Positions 18,700-27,482 of a stretch of 64,000 nucleotides of DNA are shown piece by piece. The position numbers were made by a program, and so were the translations under genes. Each line of letters opens with the position of its first letter. The first letter of the stretch is position 1. The DNA is from a virus: IMG/VR virus record IMGVR_UViG_3300044844_000428; one strand, given 5' to 3'. The notes beneath the pieces are model-generated. The model made no database searches, was not told the DNA's origin, and was given only the letters and a program-made list of their open reading frames with translations.

Positions 18700-19296
18700 T
18701 TATAGACTAACTGTTCCGAATGGAGTATCTATTGATACATTAGCACCGAATCCATTACCTGGTTTGGTTGTATTAGAAGTCCAATAGTCATATAAGAAAG
18801 TAACATCGAAAGATTCGATTGCTGTGCCTGCTTCATAACTTAATTCGATAGAACCAATCATTTGTGGAAATGCATTGATGAATGTGTACTGTTTCATAGT
18901 ATCGCCATTTCTATCAAGTTGTTCTACTCTCAATTGAACTTGATAAGCTAATGGATTAACGATGCCTGTAGTAGAAGCAGCATTTTGGATACCTTCAATC
19001 CATTCTTCAAAGCGGTTACGGATATTGAAGTTTGTATCATTATAGATGCTTACTGTCCATGGTTCGTAAGTACGTTCTCCAGCAATATGAACTTCACGAC
19101 CACGGTATTGTACAGGAATAGTACCTAAATTTGAAGCTGGCAACTGAGCTGCATGACATAAGAATTGAGATTCTTGTGCAGCTAATAAACCAGAACCACC
19201 ACCAACCCAACTTGGCATTGATAACATTGCTCTAAAGTGATTAGCTCTAGCACCGCCACCCTTTAAGGTGCTCTTGAAATCGTTAATTTGCGCCAT
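18700..19296 (-). CDS. gp19: tail tube protein
   Basis: GGARANHF, AAQLPAS, YRGR....AGERTYEPW, FDVTF.YDYW. Confidence 0.96.
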   Translation of the reverse strand: MAQINDFKSTLKGGGARANHFRAMLSMPSWVGGGSGLLAAQESQFLCHAAQLPASNLGTIPVQYRGREVHIAGERTYEPWTVSIYNDTNFNIRNRFEEWIEGIQNAASTTGIVNPLAYQVQLRVEQLDRNGDTMKQYTFINAFPQMIGSIELSYEAGTAIESFDVTFLYDYWTSNTTKPGNGFGANVSIDTPFGTVSL

Positions 19297-19306
19297 TTAT
19301 ATCTCC

Positions 19307-21211
19307 TTATGCACCAACAGTTGAGAACTCAACGCTTTGACGAGTAGCGATGAAGTTTAATGTGATGTAATTGATTGAGTAGTTTGGTTTGATGTATATA
19401 TCAGCAACAAAGTTATAACTTTCAATTACAGCAGCTGTATTGTTAGTCGTGTCACAAACCACTTGGAAATCAGTAATACCACGTCTTCCTTGAATATCTC
19501 TCAAGAATGGTTCAAGCATATTTTTGAACTGTGCTCTTGTGAAAGAATCATTGTATTCAAACAATTGGTATTTTGCCGCAACTGAAATAGATCTTTCAAG
19601 AATGATGAACAATCTACGAGTTCCAATACGGTCAAAAGCAGATGGTTTAGCTAATAGAGTTTTGTCGCCGTATAACACAACACCTTGACCAGGGAAAGAA
19701 ACCACTGGGTTAATGCCGTTGCTATAAATTGCATCTCTAGCACTTTTATCTGGATTGTAAGCTAATTTAACTACATTTTTAACTTGACCGCGTGTATAAC
19801 CACCAGGAGAGAACCAAGGATCATTTGTGCCATCTGTACGAGCACATAATCCAGCAGTGTCACCATTTAATGGAATCCAACGGTAAACGTCATTATATCT
19901 GTCATACTGATATTTATAACCAGAATCAAGAACAGCATAAGAAGATGATGGAAGTGCATCACGATATGCTGAAACTTTAGCAGTAATATCGGAACCATTA
20001 CCGATTAAAATATCGCCAGTAGTATCTTCTGGAGAAGCAAATACGATAATATCTTTACGAACTTCAGCAATGTTGCTAATTAATGAAGTAACAGTTGCAG
20101 ATGATGCTTTACCAGCAGCAATGTAAGCAATAGGATATAATTCTGGGTTAGCAATTAAATTGTATGCTTCTAATTGATTTGCTGAAGTTGATGTTAAGTC
20201 ACTAACACCACCAGTCAATTGGTAGGTAGCATAAGCAGTAAGATTAGTATAAACTGTAGCACTAGTTAATGTAGTATCCCAATCTGTTGCTAATTTAGAA
20301 GTCCACCAAACGTAGTTAGATTGGTTATTCAATACGTTTTTATAGTAACTGCTTGTTCCGTTATCGGTTTTAGCATTAGCTGCTTTAGAAACAAATGGGA
20401 ATTTTTCAAGAATCGTTCCAGGAACGCCAGTCCATTCACCTTTAGAATCAATAATAAGAATATGCAATTCATCAGAGGCAGTAGTAGCACCTTTTTGTGT
20501 AGCAAAAGATGAAGTGCCAGGAGCAGTAGAGAATTGACTTACGTATTGCCAATCAGCTTTAATAGCACCGTTTGTTAATGCAATAGTAGCATTAGCAGAA
20601 AGAGTAGCTACGCTATCAGAAGTAATTGAAGCAACTGTACCAACAGTAGCACCAGTTGAATCTTTTACAACAGCGCCAACATATAATTCAGTTAAGAATT
20701 TAGTTTGAGCCGCACCTGAAGTTCCACCAGTTAAGGTAGTAGCAGATGTTAAAGTAGTAACAGTACCTGAAAGAGTAACTGCTTTAAATGTAGCAGCATC
20801 AGCAACAGCAATTGCAATAGAATTACCTAATGCGCCAGGATATTTTGCTGTAAATTTAATTGTGCCTGTACCAGCAATGAAATTTTGTTCGTATACTGTT
20901 CTGTTATTGATGGTAGAAGCAGTGCCTGAAGAAACCGCATTTCTTTGAGCAGTAGTTCCAGTACGAATGTTTAATAAGTTACTAGAATAAGATAAGAAGT
21001 TTGCTGCAGTAAACCATGATTGAGCATTGGTGTCAGTTGGTTTACCAAATTGAGCAACAAGTTCGTTTTCTGATGAGATAGTAGTAGGTTCTAATACAGG
21101 ACCCCATGAATAAGCACCAGCAACTGCGGCTGCAGAAGATGCTATTGTAGGTACAACATTAGTAAAATCCTTCTCTACAACTGCAACACCAGGAGATAAT
21201 TGGATTGGCAT
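19307..21211 (-). CDS. gp18: tail sheath protein
   Basis: SPGVAVVEKD, WGPV, PWFSPGG..RG, LYGDKT, SAFDRI..RRLF. Confidence 0.98.
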   Translation of the reverse strand: MPIQLSPGVAVVEKDFTNVVPTIASSAAAVAGAYSWGPVLEPTTISSENELVAQFGKPTDTNAQSWFTAANFLSYSSNLLNIRTGTTAQRNAVSSGTASTINNRTVYEQNFIAGTGTIKFTAKYPGALGNSIAIAVADAATFKAVTLSGTVTTLTSATTLTGGTSGAAQTKFLTELYVGAVVKDSTGATVGTVASITSDSVATLSANATIALTNGAIKADWQYVSQFSTAPGTSSFATQKGATTASDELHILIIDSKGEWTGVPGTILEKFPFVSKAANAKTDNGTSSYYKNVLNNQSNYVWWTSKLATDWDTTLTSATVYTNLTAYATYQLTGGVSDLTSTSANQLEAYNLIANPELYPIAYIAAGKASSATVTSLISNIAEVRKDIIVFASPEDTTGDILIGNGSDITAKVSAYRDALPSSSYAVLDSGYKYQYDRYNDVYRWIPLNGDTAGLCARTDGTNDPWFSPGGYTRGQVKNVVKLAYNPDKSARDAIYSNGINPVVSFPGQGVVLYGDKTLLAKPSAFDRIGTRRLFIILERSISVAAKYQLFEYNDSFTRAQFKNMLEPFLRDIQGRRGITDFQVVCDTTNNTAAVIESYNFVADIYIKPNYSINYITLNFIATRQSVEFSTVGA

Positions 21212-21289
21212 GTGTGTCTCCGTTAGGAATAAGGTTAAAATTATCTATTATAAATTTGTAGATCACATTGTAAAAGTTGGTTCTGTATT

Positions 21290-21297
21290 TATTTATA
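21290..21297 (-). promoter_or_regulatory. late promoter for gp18
   Basis: TATAAATA on the minus strand. Confidence 0.7.
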
Positions 21298-21301
21298 CTA
21301 A

Positions 21302-22993
21302 TCAGAAATTCATCATGATTTCTTTATCTGATTCATTCCCATCATTCAACCAACCAGTAGGCACCATCTGTTCATCTATAAGTTTCATTCTATCTTCATA
21401 GATTGACTTTCTCATATCAATGTTATTAAGTGCAGTAAAATATGGATCTGTAGTTAACCATGCAAAAAGGACCAATGTCATGACAAGATCATCGTGATAT
21501 CCATCATCGGCTGCATAAGAACCTTTCGATTCGATAAACGTCGAGAATTCTGCAATGATATCAGCATCATATACTAATAGTTTATTTTCTTCTATTAGTG
21601 TTTTAAGATTATTACAACCTATTCTCTTTATTTTCTTATCAGTATTGACACCTAATCTTGATTGCCCACCAAAGCCACCGGAAATACATTGACCTTTGGA
21701 ATTTCTTCCAACTGATAGTATATTTTCATATTCAAGATCTGCATGGAGAATATAACTAACTTGTTCAGAACTATTTATCTCCATAAGTACAAATGCTTCA
21801 TTATAGTCATTAGCAATTTTATAGATGACATTTGGATATAGAAGTGGACTTATGTTATTATCTCTATATTTTGCCACAACTTTATATGGAAGTTGGGTAA
21901 CATCTATAACTGTAAATGCTGAATAGTCACCACCAACACCTTTTGATGTATCCACAACCATAACATAACTATGGAATTGTATTGGATATTCAATAATGTC
22001 TAATCCATTATTGGAGTGTATATAAGAAATAGGTCTCATTTTGGACATTACATCACTACCAATAAGTGTATAAGATGAACCCAGAAAGTGCATCAAAACT
22101 TCTTGGTTGTACTTAATTTCACCTAAAAGTTGTTTCTGTTTGGCTGCCCATACTTCATTATGTAAAGGATGTTCCCAGTATTCAACTCGTTTATGAATAA
22201 ATCCATTTATATTTCGTTCTGCTTCATCCCACATCTTCCAAAAATGGTTGAAACCAATTGGTGTTGATGTTATAATAACCTTTGAAGATTCACCAGATGA
22301 GATTGTAGGATAAGTTGAAGCAAAGAATTCTTCAGCTACTGTGCCAGGTACGCTGGACAGTTCATCAAGATATAATAGGTTAACTGACTTTCCCCTAATT
22401 CCAGACGCAGTCGTGGCAGCAATAAATGCTTTGCTTTTGTTCTCTAGAGCTACTGAACCTTTATTCCATTCGACAACACCCTGTTGAAGCCATATTGGAA
22501 GTTCTTCATACATAAGTTGAAACCGTGCCATAACTTCACGAGCAGCAGCAACTTTGTTACCCAACATAGCTACATTTTTACTTTCATTGAATACACAATA
22601 CCAGACAAGATAAGCGGCAACCGTGGTTGTATTATGAGATAGAATGTCATTAGTATAGAATGTATGTTTATCGGAATCTATAGATAAGTCATACATATTT
22701 TCAGAATATCCCAAATTATCTAATCGGATGACTTTAGAGTTTCCTAACTTAGTTCTTATATGACAACCTAATGAATTCTTGGCAAATATTTCGTTATAAT
22801 CGGAATCGATGAGAATGTGTGTATCTGCGCATTTAAGACGTAATCCAGTATCTAATATTATTTCATATACTTCATATTCTATAGTTTTATTGGATGATAG
22901 TATATCAACAAAACCATCTTCAGTTTCAACTTCCCAATCCGAAACATTGATGGATTCTACGAATTTTCTAGTTACATTATCAGAAAGACTCAT
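21302..22993 (-). CDS. gp17: large terminase C-terminal part fused to a split-intein IntC (aa 1-121)
   Basis: Intein blocks KCADTH, MYDLSID and FYTNDILSHN, then TTTVAAY. Walker B LLYLDE, ITSTP, nuclease motifs VDTSKG and HDDLVM. Confidence 0.95.
   Translation of the reverse strand: MSLSDNVTRKFVESINVSDWEVETEDGFVDILSSNKTIEYEVYEIILDTGLRLKCADTHILIDSDYNEIFAKNSLGCHIRTKLGNSKVIRLDNLGYSENMYDLSIDSDKHTFYTNDILSHNTTTVAAYLVWYCVFNESKNVAMLGNKVAAAREVMARFQLMYEELPIWLQQGVVEWNKGSVALENKSKAFIAATTASGIRGKSVNLLYLDELSSVPGTVAEEFFASTYPTISSGESSKVIITSTPIGFNHFWKMWDEAERNINGFIHKRVEYWEHPLHNEVWAAKQKQLLGEIKYNQEVLMHFLGSSYTLIGSDVMSKMRPISYIHSNNGLDIIEYPIQFHSYVMVVDTSKGVGGDYSAFTVIDVTQLPYKVVAKYRDNNISPLLYPNVIYKIANDYNEAFVLMEINSSEQVSYILHADLEYENILSVGRNSKGQCISGGFGGQSRLGVNTDKKIKRIGCNNLKTLIEENKLLVYDADIIAEFSTFIESKGSYAADDGYHDDLVMTLVLFAWLTTDPYFTALNNIDMRKSIYEDRMKLIDEQMVPTGWLNDGNESDKEIMMNF
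22631..22993 (-). mobile_element. split intein C-fragment (IntC, 121 aa)
   Basis: Ends His-Asn, followed by Thr+1 of the Walker A GKT. Confidence 0.92.
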
Positions 22994-24057
22994 CTTTTAT
23001 AGGTTTCCTTAAAAAGATTCTCACAGTACTCTTTAGATGAAAGATTATTATATTTTGCCATAAGATTAGAAATATCAGATTCTTCAATAACTTCTGTCCA
23101 ACCAAAACTACCATAATCATTTTTGCGTATAGTGTCTTTGTAATCAAATTTTAATATTTGTTCTATGTAAAAAGCGTGCTTAATAGAATCAACTGCTTCA
23201 AATAATAAAACTTTGTATTTCGACAGATATTCTTTATGATATCTATGATATATTGTCGGTTTTGAGGTTATTCCAATCTTATATTTATTTTCAGAAATCT
23301 GAATGATATAAAAACTGCCAGGATCAGTAAGATCTTTATTCCATAAAGATTTAAAATTTATCTTTGTAGATTTACTTCTATTTATAGATTCAATCTCATC
23401 TGGTGATTTACTCAATAGTGTCTTTTGCCAATTCAACTGTCTTTCAGTCCAGATTTCCCGACCTCTGTTTTTGCCATGTTTAGCAATACATATTTCCAAA
23501 CTAAAAGTTCTCTGTCTATCTGACAAGGAAGTATTTGCTTCTTCAACAGTCATACCTCGAGAAGTGTAATATTCTATCTTAGTGTTATCATTATTGTTTA
23601 TATTCTTAGTGACAACCCCCTTTTTCTTAGTGTTAGTTATTCTTTCTAACATCTCATTCTCGGGGAGTTCATTATATTTTATAAATTTCTCACTAAAAGG
23701 CGATAATTTTCCTCCATGATTATGCCAGGGATTATTATCGCCTTTCATCTTATCTATTGCCTTTTGACTGTGAACTGGACCATATTTTGTTATATACTCG
23801 CCAGGAGTCATATCATGGGACAATGGATGAGTGCCAAGATTATATGATCTGAATCCACATAATGCGCATTCACTATAATTATAGGGATCAGAACCATCAG
23901 GATATTTTAGTAAAGATTTCTTGGCTTTCATCGCGCGATAATTTCTTGTTTGATATTTTGATTTGCAATTATCTGAACAGAATTTTGCATTATGATGGCG
24001 TGGTATAAATACATCATCACATTCTTTGCATTTTATGGAATTCTTCAGCAGTGACAT
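22990..24057 (-). mobile_element. free-standing homing endonuclease between the split-intein halves (Zn-finger N-terminus, GIY-YIG/T5orf172-like C-terminus)
   Basis: CKEC...FCSDNC, CALC...H...H, GSFYIIQI...YKIGIT...R, GWTE. ATGA overlap with the IntC gene. Confidence 0.8.
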
Positions 24058-24370
24058 TTAAGGTTTCTCCAGTTTTTTTATTTCGTACCTTATATATCGT
24101 TTCTTTGCCGACACACTTCCCATGCTGTCTCGGAAACATCCCAATTGATCTAGAATTGTTATGAATGGTATTGATAAAATCTATTTGGTAATCAAATAGT
24201 TCAAATGGAACTAATCCATAATCAAGAGTAATGATTTTTATGTAAGTTCTTATGAAATATATGGGGTCGGATTTGCATTTTACATATTCTTGGACTTGGT
24301 ATTCCGTATAATCGACAGAAACACCAATAGATTTTAGGTTTGGATTTGAATTGTATGTCAAAGAAGCCAT
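24017..24370 (-). CDS. gp17: large terminase N-terminal part fused to a split-intein IntN (last 32 aa)
   Basis: YNSNPNLK...EYVKCKSDPIYFIRTYIKI...LFDYQ...PRQHGK, then CVGKETIYKVRNKKTGETLNVTAEEFHKMQRM and stop. Confidence 0.95.
   Translation of the reverse strand: MASLTYNSNPNLKSIGVSVDYTEYQVQEYVKCKSDPIYFIRTYIKIITLDYGLVPFELFDYQIDFINTIHNNSRSIGMFPRQHGKCVGKETIYKVRNKKTGETLNVTAEEFHKMQRM
24020..24115 (-). mobile_element. split intein N-fragment (IntN, 32 aa)
   Basis: Cys1 directly after the Walker A Lys; block A-like CVGKET. Confidence 0.9.
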
Positions 24371-24378
24371 AATTAGTG

Positions 24379-24407
24379 TTTACTTTTTCGTATAAATAAG
24401 ATATAAT
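24379..24407 (+). promoter_or_regulatory. overlapping early-type and late promoters facing a non-coding structured region
   Basis: (G)TTTACT-17-TATAAT with TATAAATA (24391-24398) inside the spacer. Confidence 0.7.
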
Positions 24408-24412
24408 TATCA

Positions 24413-24700
24413 CATAGCCTATATAATTACTGGACAATGGGACACCAGTTGCATGAGCAGGAACCTACCCCTGCCAGATGAGGATCGGGAATTTTCCTGT
24501 ACCCTGTAGTAGCCAATCTACAAATACGTCTGCCGTTATAGCAAAACTTGCAATGCAGACATGGACGATAAAGTTCAATATTATTCGCAGGTCGGATGTT
24601 TCTTTATCAGAATTCCAGTTTTTGCATCGGACCTACACGGCGCAGTTTATATAAACCATCAATGTAGGGCTGGAAAAATACCAAATAATCTAGTAGTCAA
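24413..24700 (+). ncRNA. candidate structured ncRNA or origin primer RNA
   Basis: ORF-free, GC-enriched, serial stems ACTGG/CCAGT, GCAGG/CCTGC, TGTAG/CTACA, GTCTGC/GCAGAC, AGGTC.GATG/CATC.GACCT, CCTACA/TGTAGG. Confidence 0.55.
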
Positions 24701-24818
24701 GTGGTTGCGAACGCAGTGAGCAATCCACCATTCGTGAACGCAGTGAGCGAATTAAAAGGTCAATATTAGTATTAATCTGTTCAACCATTCACTGCGTTCA
24801 TGGTTGCGAGCAAGCTCG
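24701..24818. repeat. three GAACGCAGTGA-capped hairpins (two on plus, one on minus) and a fourth small hairpin
   Basis: Motif at 24709-24719 (+), 24736-24746 (+) and 24789-24799 (-), each closed by a different stem. Confidence 0.85.
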
Positions 24819-24828
24819 TGTATCAACA

Positions 24829-25554
24829 TTAGAATCCAGTTGGTGTATTATTTGACCATGTATCTATTATAAAAGTATCAGGTACATTAGATTTAACAAA
24901 ATAATCCAATGGTTGATTTGGTAAAGTAACATTGGCTTTCTTGATAACACCAGATGAAGTAATGGATCCAAATATATTTACTTTCATGGTAAAGTTAAAT
25001 GTATAAATTATTTCCCGTCTTGATTGAAAATCACCATCATAAGAATCCTGGAAACTTACATTATTCAAGATGATTGGTACATCGTTTACTATATTCAAGT
25101 CTGGAATAGCATTAATCGATAGTGTATAATCTGGTGTAAAGACTGGCAAGATTTGTTCAACTACTGCTAATGCATCTTCTGTTGTTTTGGTTAAAAGACT
25201 TAATTCTATATCCAGATTGTATGGAACGGGACTGAATTGAGTTTTTAAAGTAGTTTGGTCATAACTAGCAATCTTGGTCATCTTGTTGGATTTTCTTGAG
25301 GCATCGTAAGTATAACCAACAATTTCAAATGCCATTCTAGGAAGAATAGTATTGACGTTATTTTCCAGGTTTGGATCTTGTTCCAATCTAACTAGCCATT
25401 TTTCTTTTGGACCATAAGCAATTGGTACATTGATGGTTTGTAATACAGCACCTGCTTCATCCATTCGCTCGATCTGGATTTCTGAAAACATCCGTCCGAA
25501 TGCTACAATTGCTTTCTTTATAATGCCAAAATAATATGGAGGATTGTTTAGCAT
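24829..25554 (-). CDS. gp15: tail sheath stabilizer/completion protein
   Basis: VPIAYGPKEKW, LPRMAFEI, PVPYNL, VEQILP.F.P. Confidence 0.95.
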   Translation of the reverse strand: MLNNPPYYFGIIKKAIVAFGRMFSEIQIERMDEAGAVLQTINVPIAYGPKEKWLVRLEQDPNLENNVNTILPRMAFEIVGYTYDASRKSNKMTKIASYDQTTLKTQFSPVPYNLDIELSLLTKTTEDALAVVEQILPVFTPDYTLSINAIPDLNIVNDVPIILNNVSFQDSYDGDFQSRREIIYTFNFTMKVNIFGSITSSGVIKKANVTLPNQPLDYFVKSNVPDTFIIDTWSNNTPTGF

Positions 25555-26207
25555 TATAGTTCACCGAATGGATTTGTTTCTGAAAAGATAACATCAGTTG
25601 CTTTATCTATAAATTTAGAATTATCGCCATAGGATTGTTGATCGTCTGTATTAGGATTAACTGTAATGTCGAATGACTTTAATGTCTCAAATGCATCAAT
25701 AGTATCATCTCCAGTATTAATATATTCTGAAGAATACGAATATAATTCAATTTGGAGTTTGTAAACATAAAGTTTTCCAATTTGATAGAACGGATCCTGA
25801 TGTTGAACAAACTTGATTTCGAACAATCCTTTTGTTAATGGAAAGTAAATCAAATCGCCTTCACAAGGTCTATTTGGAAGAATGGTATCTTCGTATATTC
25901 CAATCAGTTGTTCCCAACGCTTTCTAGCAATTACTAGAGTAGCAGACTGTTCAACCATAAGACCAAACTTTTGGATGAATGACCCTTGACCTTCAAAGTT
26001 ATCTATGTTCTCAAAGTATGCTTCTATTGGATATTGACTATTGAATTGCGATAATCTATCCTCACCAAGTATTTCATCTTTAGCAATCAAAGTTCTTGGA
26101 ATGTATCTAACATCCTGACCATAAATCTTTAAAGATTCGATGATAATATCCTCCCAAACATTCTGTTCGGAAGTAGTACCCATTGTAAAATATTTATTCC
26201 GTGGCAT
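25554..26207 (-). CDS. gp14: neck protein
   Basis: ESLKIYGQDVRYIPR, RPCEGDLIYFP, F.ETNPFGE. Confidence 0.95.
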   Translation of the reverse strand: MPRNKYFTMGTTSEQNVWEDIIIESLKIYGQDVRYIPRTLIAKDEILGEDRLSQFNSQYPIEAYFENIDNFEGQGSFIQKFGLMVEQSATLVIARKRWEQLIGIYEDTILPNRPCEGDLIYFPLTKGLFEIKFVQHQDPFYQIGKLYVYKLQIELYSYSSEYINTGDDTIDAFETLKSFDITVNPNTDDQQSYGDNSKFIDKATDVIFSETNPFGEL

Positions 26208-26211
26208 AGTA

Positions 26212-27174
26212 TCAGCCCATAAACCATGAGAGTGGAGCTGCTAATGTTATTAATTCATCTTCAAGATCTTTAATTTCTTGCATTGCCATATCGTACATGC
26301 CTTGACCATCAATAGAAACCCCGCCAGGTAACAACATTCCGGAAAATTTAGATAAATTCTGTCCCCATTGTCTACGAAATAAAGCAGTCACATAATGTTT
26401 CAACCATCTTTCATTCCAAACATTAGCAAATTCAGCAGGATCCAATGCTCTATAGCATTCTGCAATAACATATGTCCCTAAAGTAACATCAGTTTCCCAA
26501 TTGAGGTCCAAATGTAATCTGCCTTGGTATCTGTTGAATCTTATCGACGGTGCTCTATTCAACACAAAAGACATCAAATCAAGATAACTCATAGCAGTAG
26601 TATAGTAAATCATTGATGTGGAAGTCAAGTCATGTAAATCATTTAATCGTAGTTGGTACTGAAGATTGAAAATAGTATTGGTCGATGTCGTACTATTGCT
26701 GATGGGTAGAATATTAGTAATACCATAAACCAAATCGGGAATCTCAATATACTTGTTATCATATACGCCAAGAACACAAGATACTATAGTTGTGTCGTAT
26801 CCCGATTTTGAACCAACAATGTGTTCACCTGGTACGAATGTGCCTTTAACCATTTTGGTCATTAGACTAGCACCAGAAGATGATTCGAAGATTTCTGTAG
26901 CAACTTCAGCGGTAGCACCAGAAGTTAATCCAGTAACAGTTTCACCTACAGTAAAAGAAGTAGCAGTCTGTGTAGTTAATGTTATGATTGATGCTGAAAT
27001 CTTGTGTTTCATATAGAGTTTTTCAACCCCATCTGGATGATACTGTCTCCAGTATTCCAATGCTTCGTCTAATCTATCTTCTAACTGGTCATCATCAACA
27101 TTCACTTCAAGTACAGGGGCGCCTAATGCACGAAGGCAATATTGTTTAAGTTGTTCTCTACTATGTGTTGCCAT
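26212..27174 (-). CDS. gp13: neck protein with an internal beta-repeat insertion
   Basis: LKQYCLRALGAPVLEVNVDDDQLEDR...QWGQNLSKFSGMLLPGGV. Confidence 0.95.
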   Translation of the reverse strand: MATHSREQLKQYCLRALGAPVLEVNVDDDQLEDRLDEALEYWRQYHPDGVEKLYMKHKISASIITLTTQTATSFTVGETVTGLTSGATAEVATEIFESSSGASLMTKMVKGTFVPGEHIVGSKSGYDTTIVSCVLGVYDNKYIEIPDLVYGITNILPISNSTTSTNTIFNLQYQLRLNDLHDLTSTSMIYYTTAMSYLDLMSFVLNRAPSIRFNRYQGRLHLDLNWETDVTLGTYVIAECYRALDPAEFANVWNERWLKHYVTALFRRQWGQNLSKFSGMLLPGGVSIDGQGMYDMAMQEIKDLEDELITLAAPLSWFMG

Positions 27175-27176
27175 TC

Positions 27177-27482
27177 TTATACTCTCTTTCTAACATCAAG
27201 TCTTATCAAATCTTTACAAGTAAGAGTTTGAGTAGTTGAAGTGTTTGTTAATACTACATCAAAAGACATTGTTCCAGCAGTTAATTCATTTGCTATAAAA
27301 ATGTACCGGACTATGCCATTAATATTATCGACCTTCTGCATAAGTTTAGATTGAAGAATTTTATTTTTTCTCCACTGTAAAGTAGCAGTATAATCTGTTA
27401 GATCGATAGGATCGAAGTTATTTGAATCTACACAAGTAAATTCTATAGCACTTCCTGTGTCGCCTTCTACAAAATCCGTCAT
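27177..27482 (-). CDS. small virion protein, BppU N-terminal-like
   Basis: GDT....F......PIDLT.YT.......GIVRY.F...L.AG pattern. Confidence 0.55.
   Translation of the reverse strand: MTDFVEGDTGSAIEFTCVDSNNFDPIDLTDYTATLQWRKNKILQSKLMQKVDNINGIVRYIFIANELTAGTMSFDVVLTNTSTTQTLTCKDLIRLDVRKRV

Noticed and set aside
22990-24057. Group I intron interrupting gp17
   Set aside because: No non-coding P/Q/R/S core is present. The flanks are fully coding and carry clear intein motifs.
24222-24437. 71-aa ORF as a possible small terminase
   Set aside because: It overlaps gp17-N in another frame and has no gp16-like features or RBS.
24413-24828. CRISPR mini-array or group I intron remnant
   Set aside because: The repeats are 11 bp, in mixed orientation, with no regular spacers. 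No P7-forming R/S pair was found.
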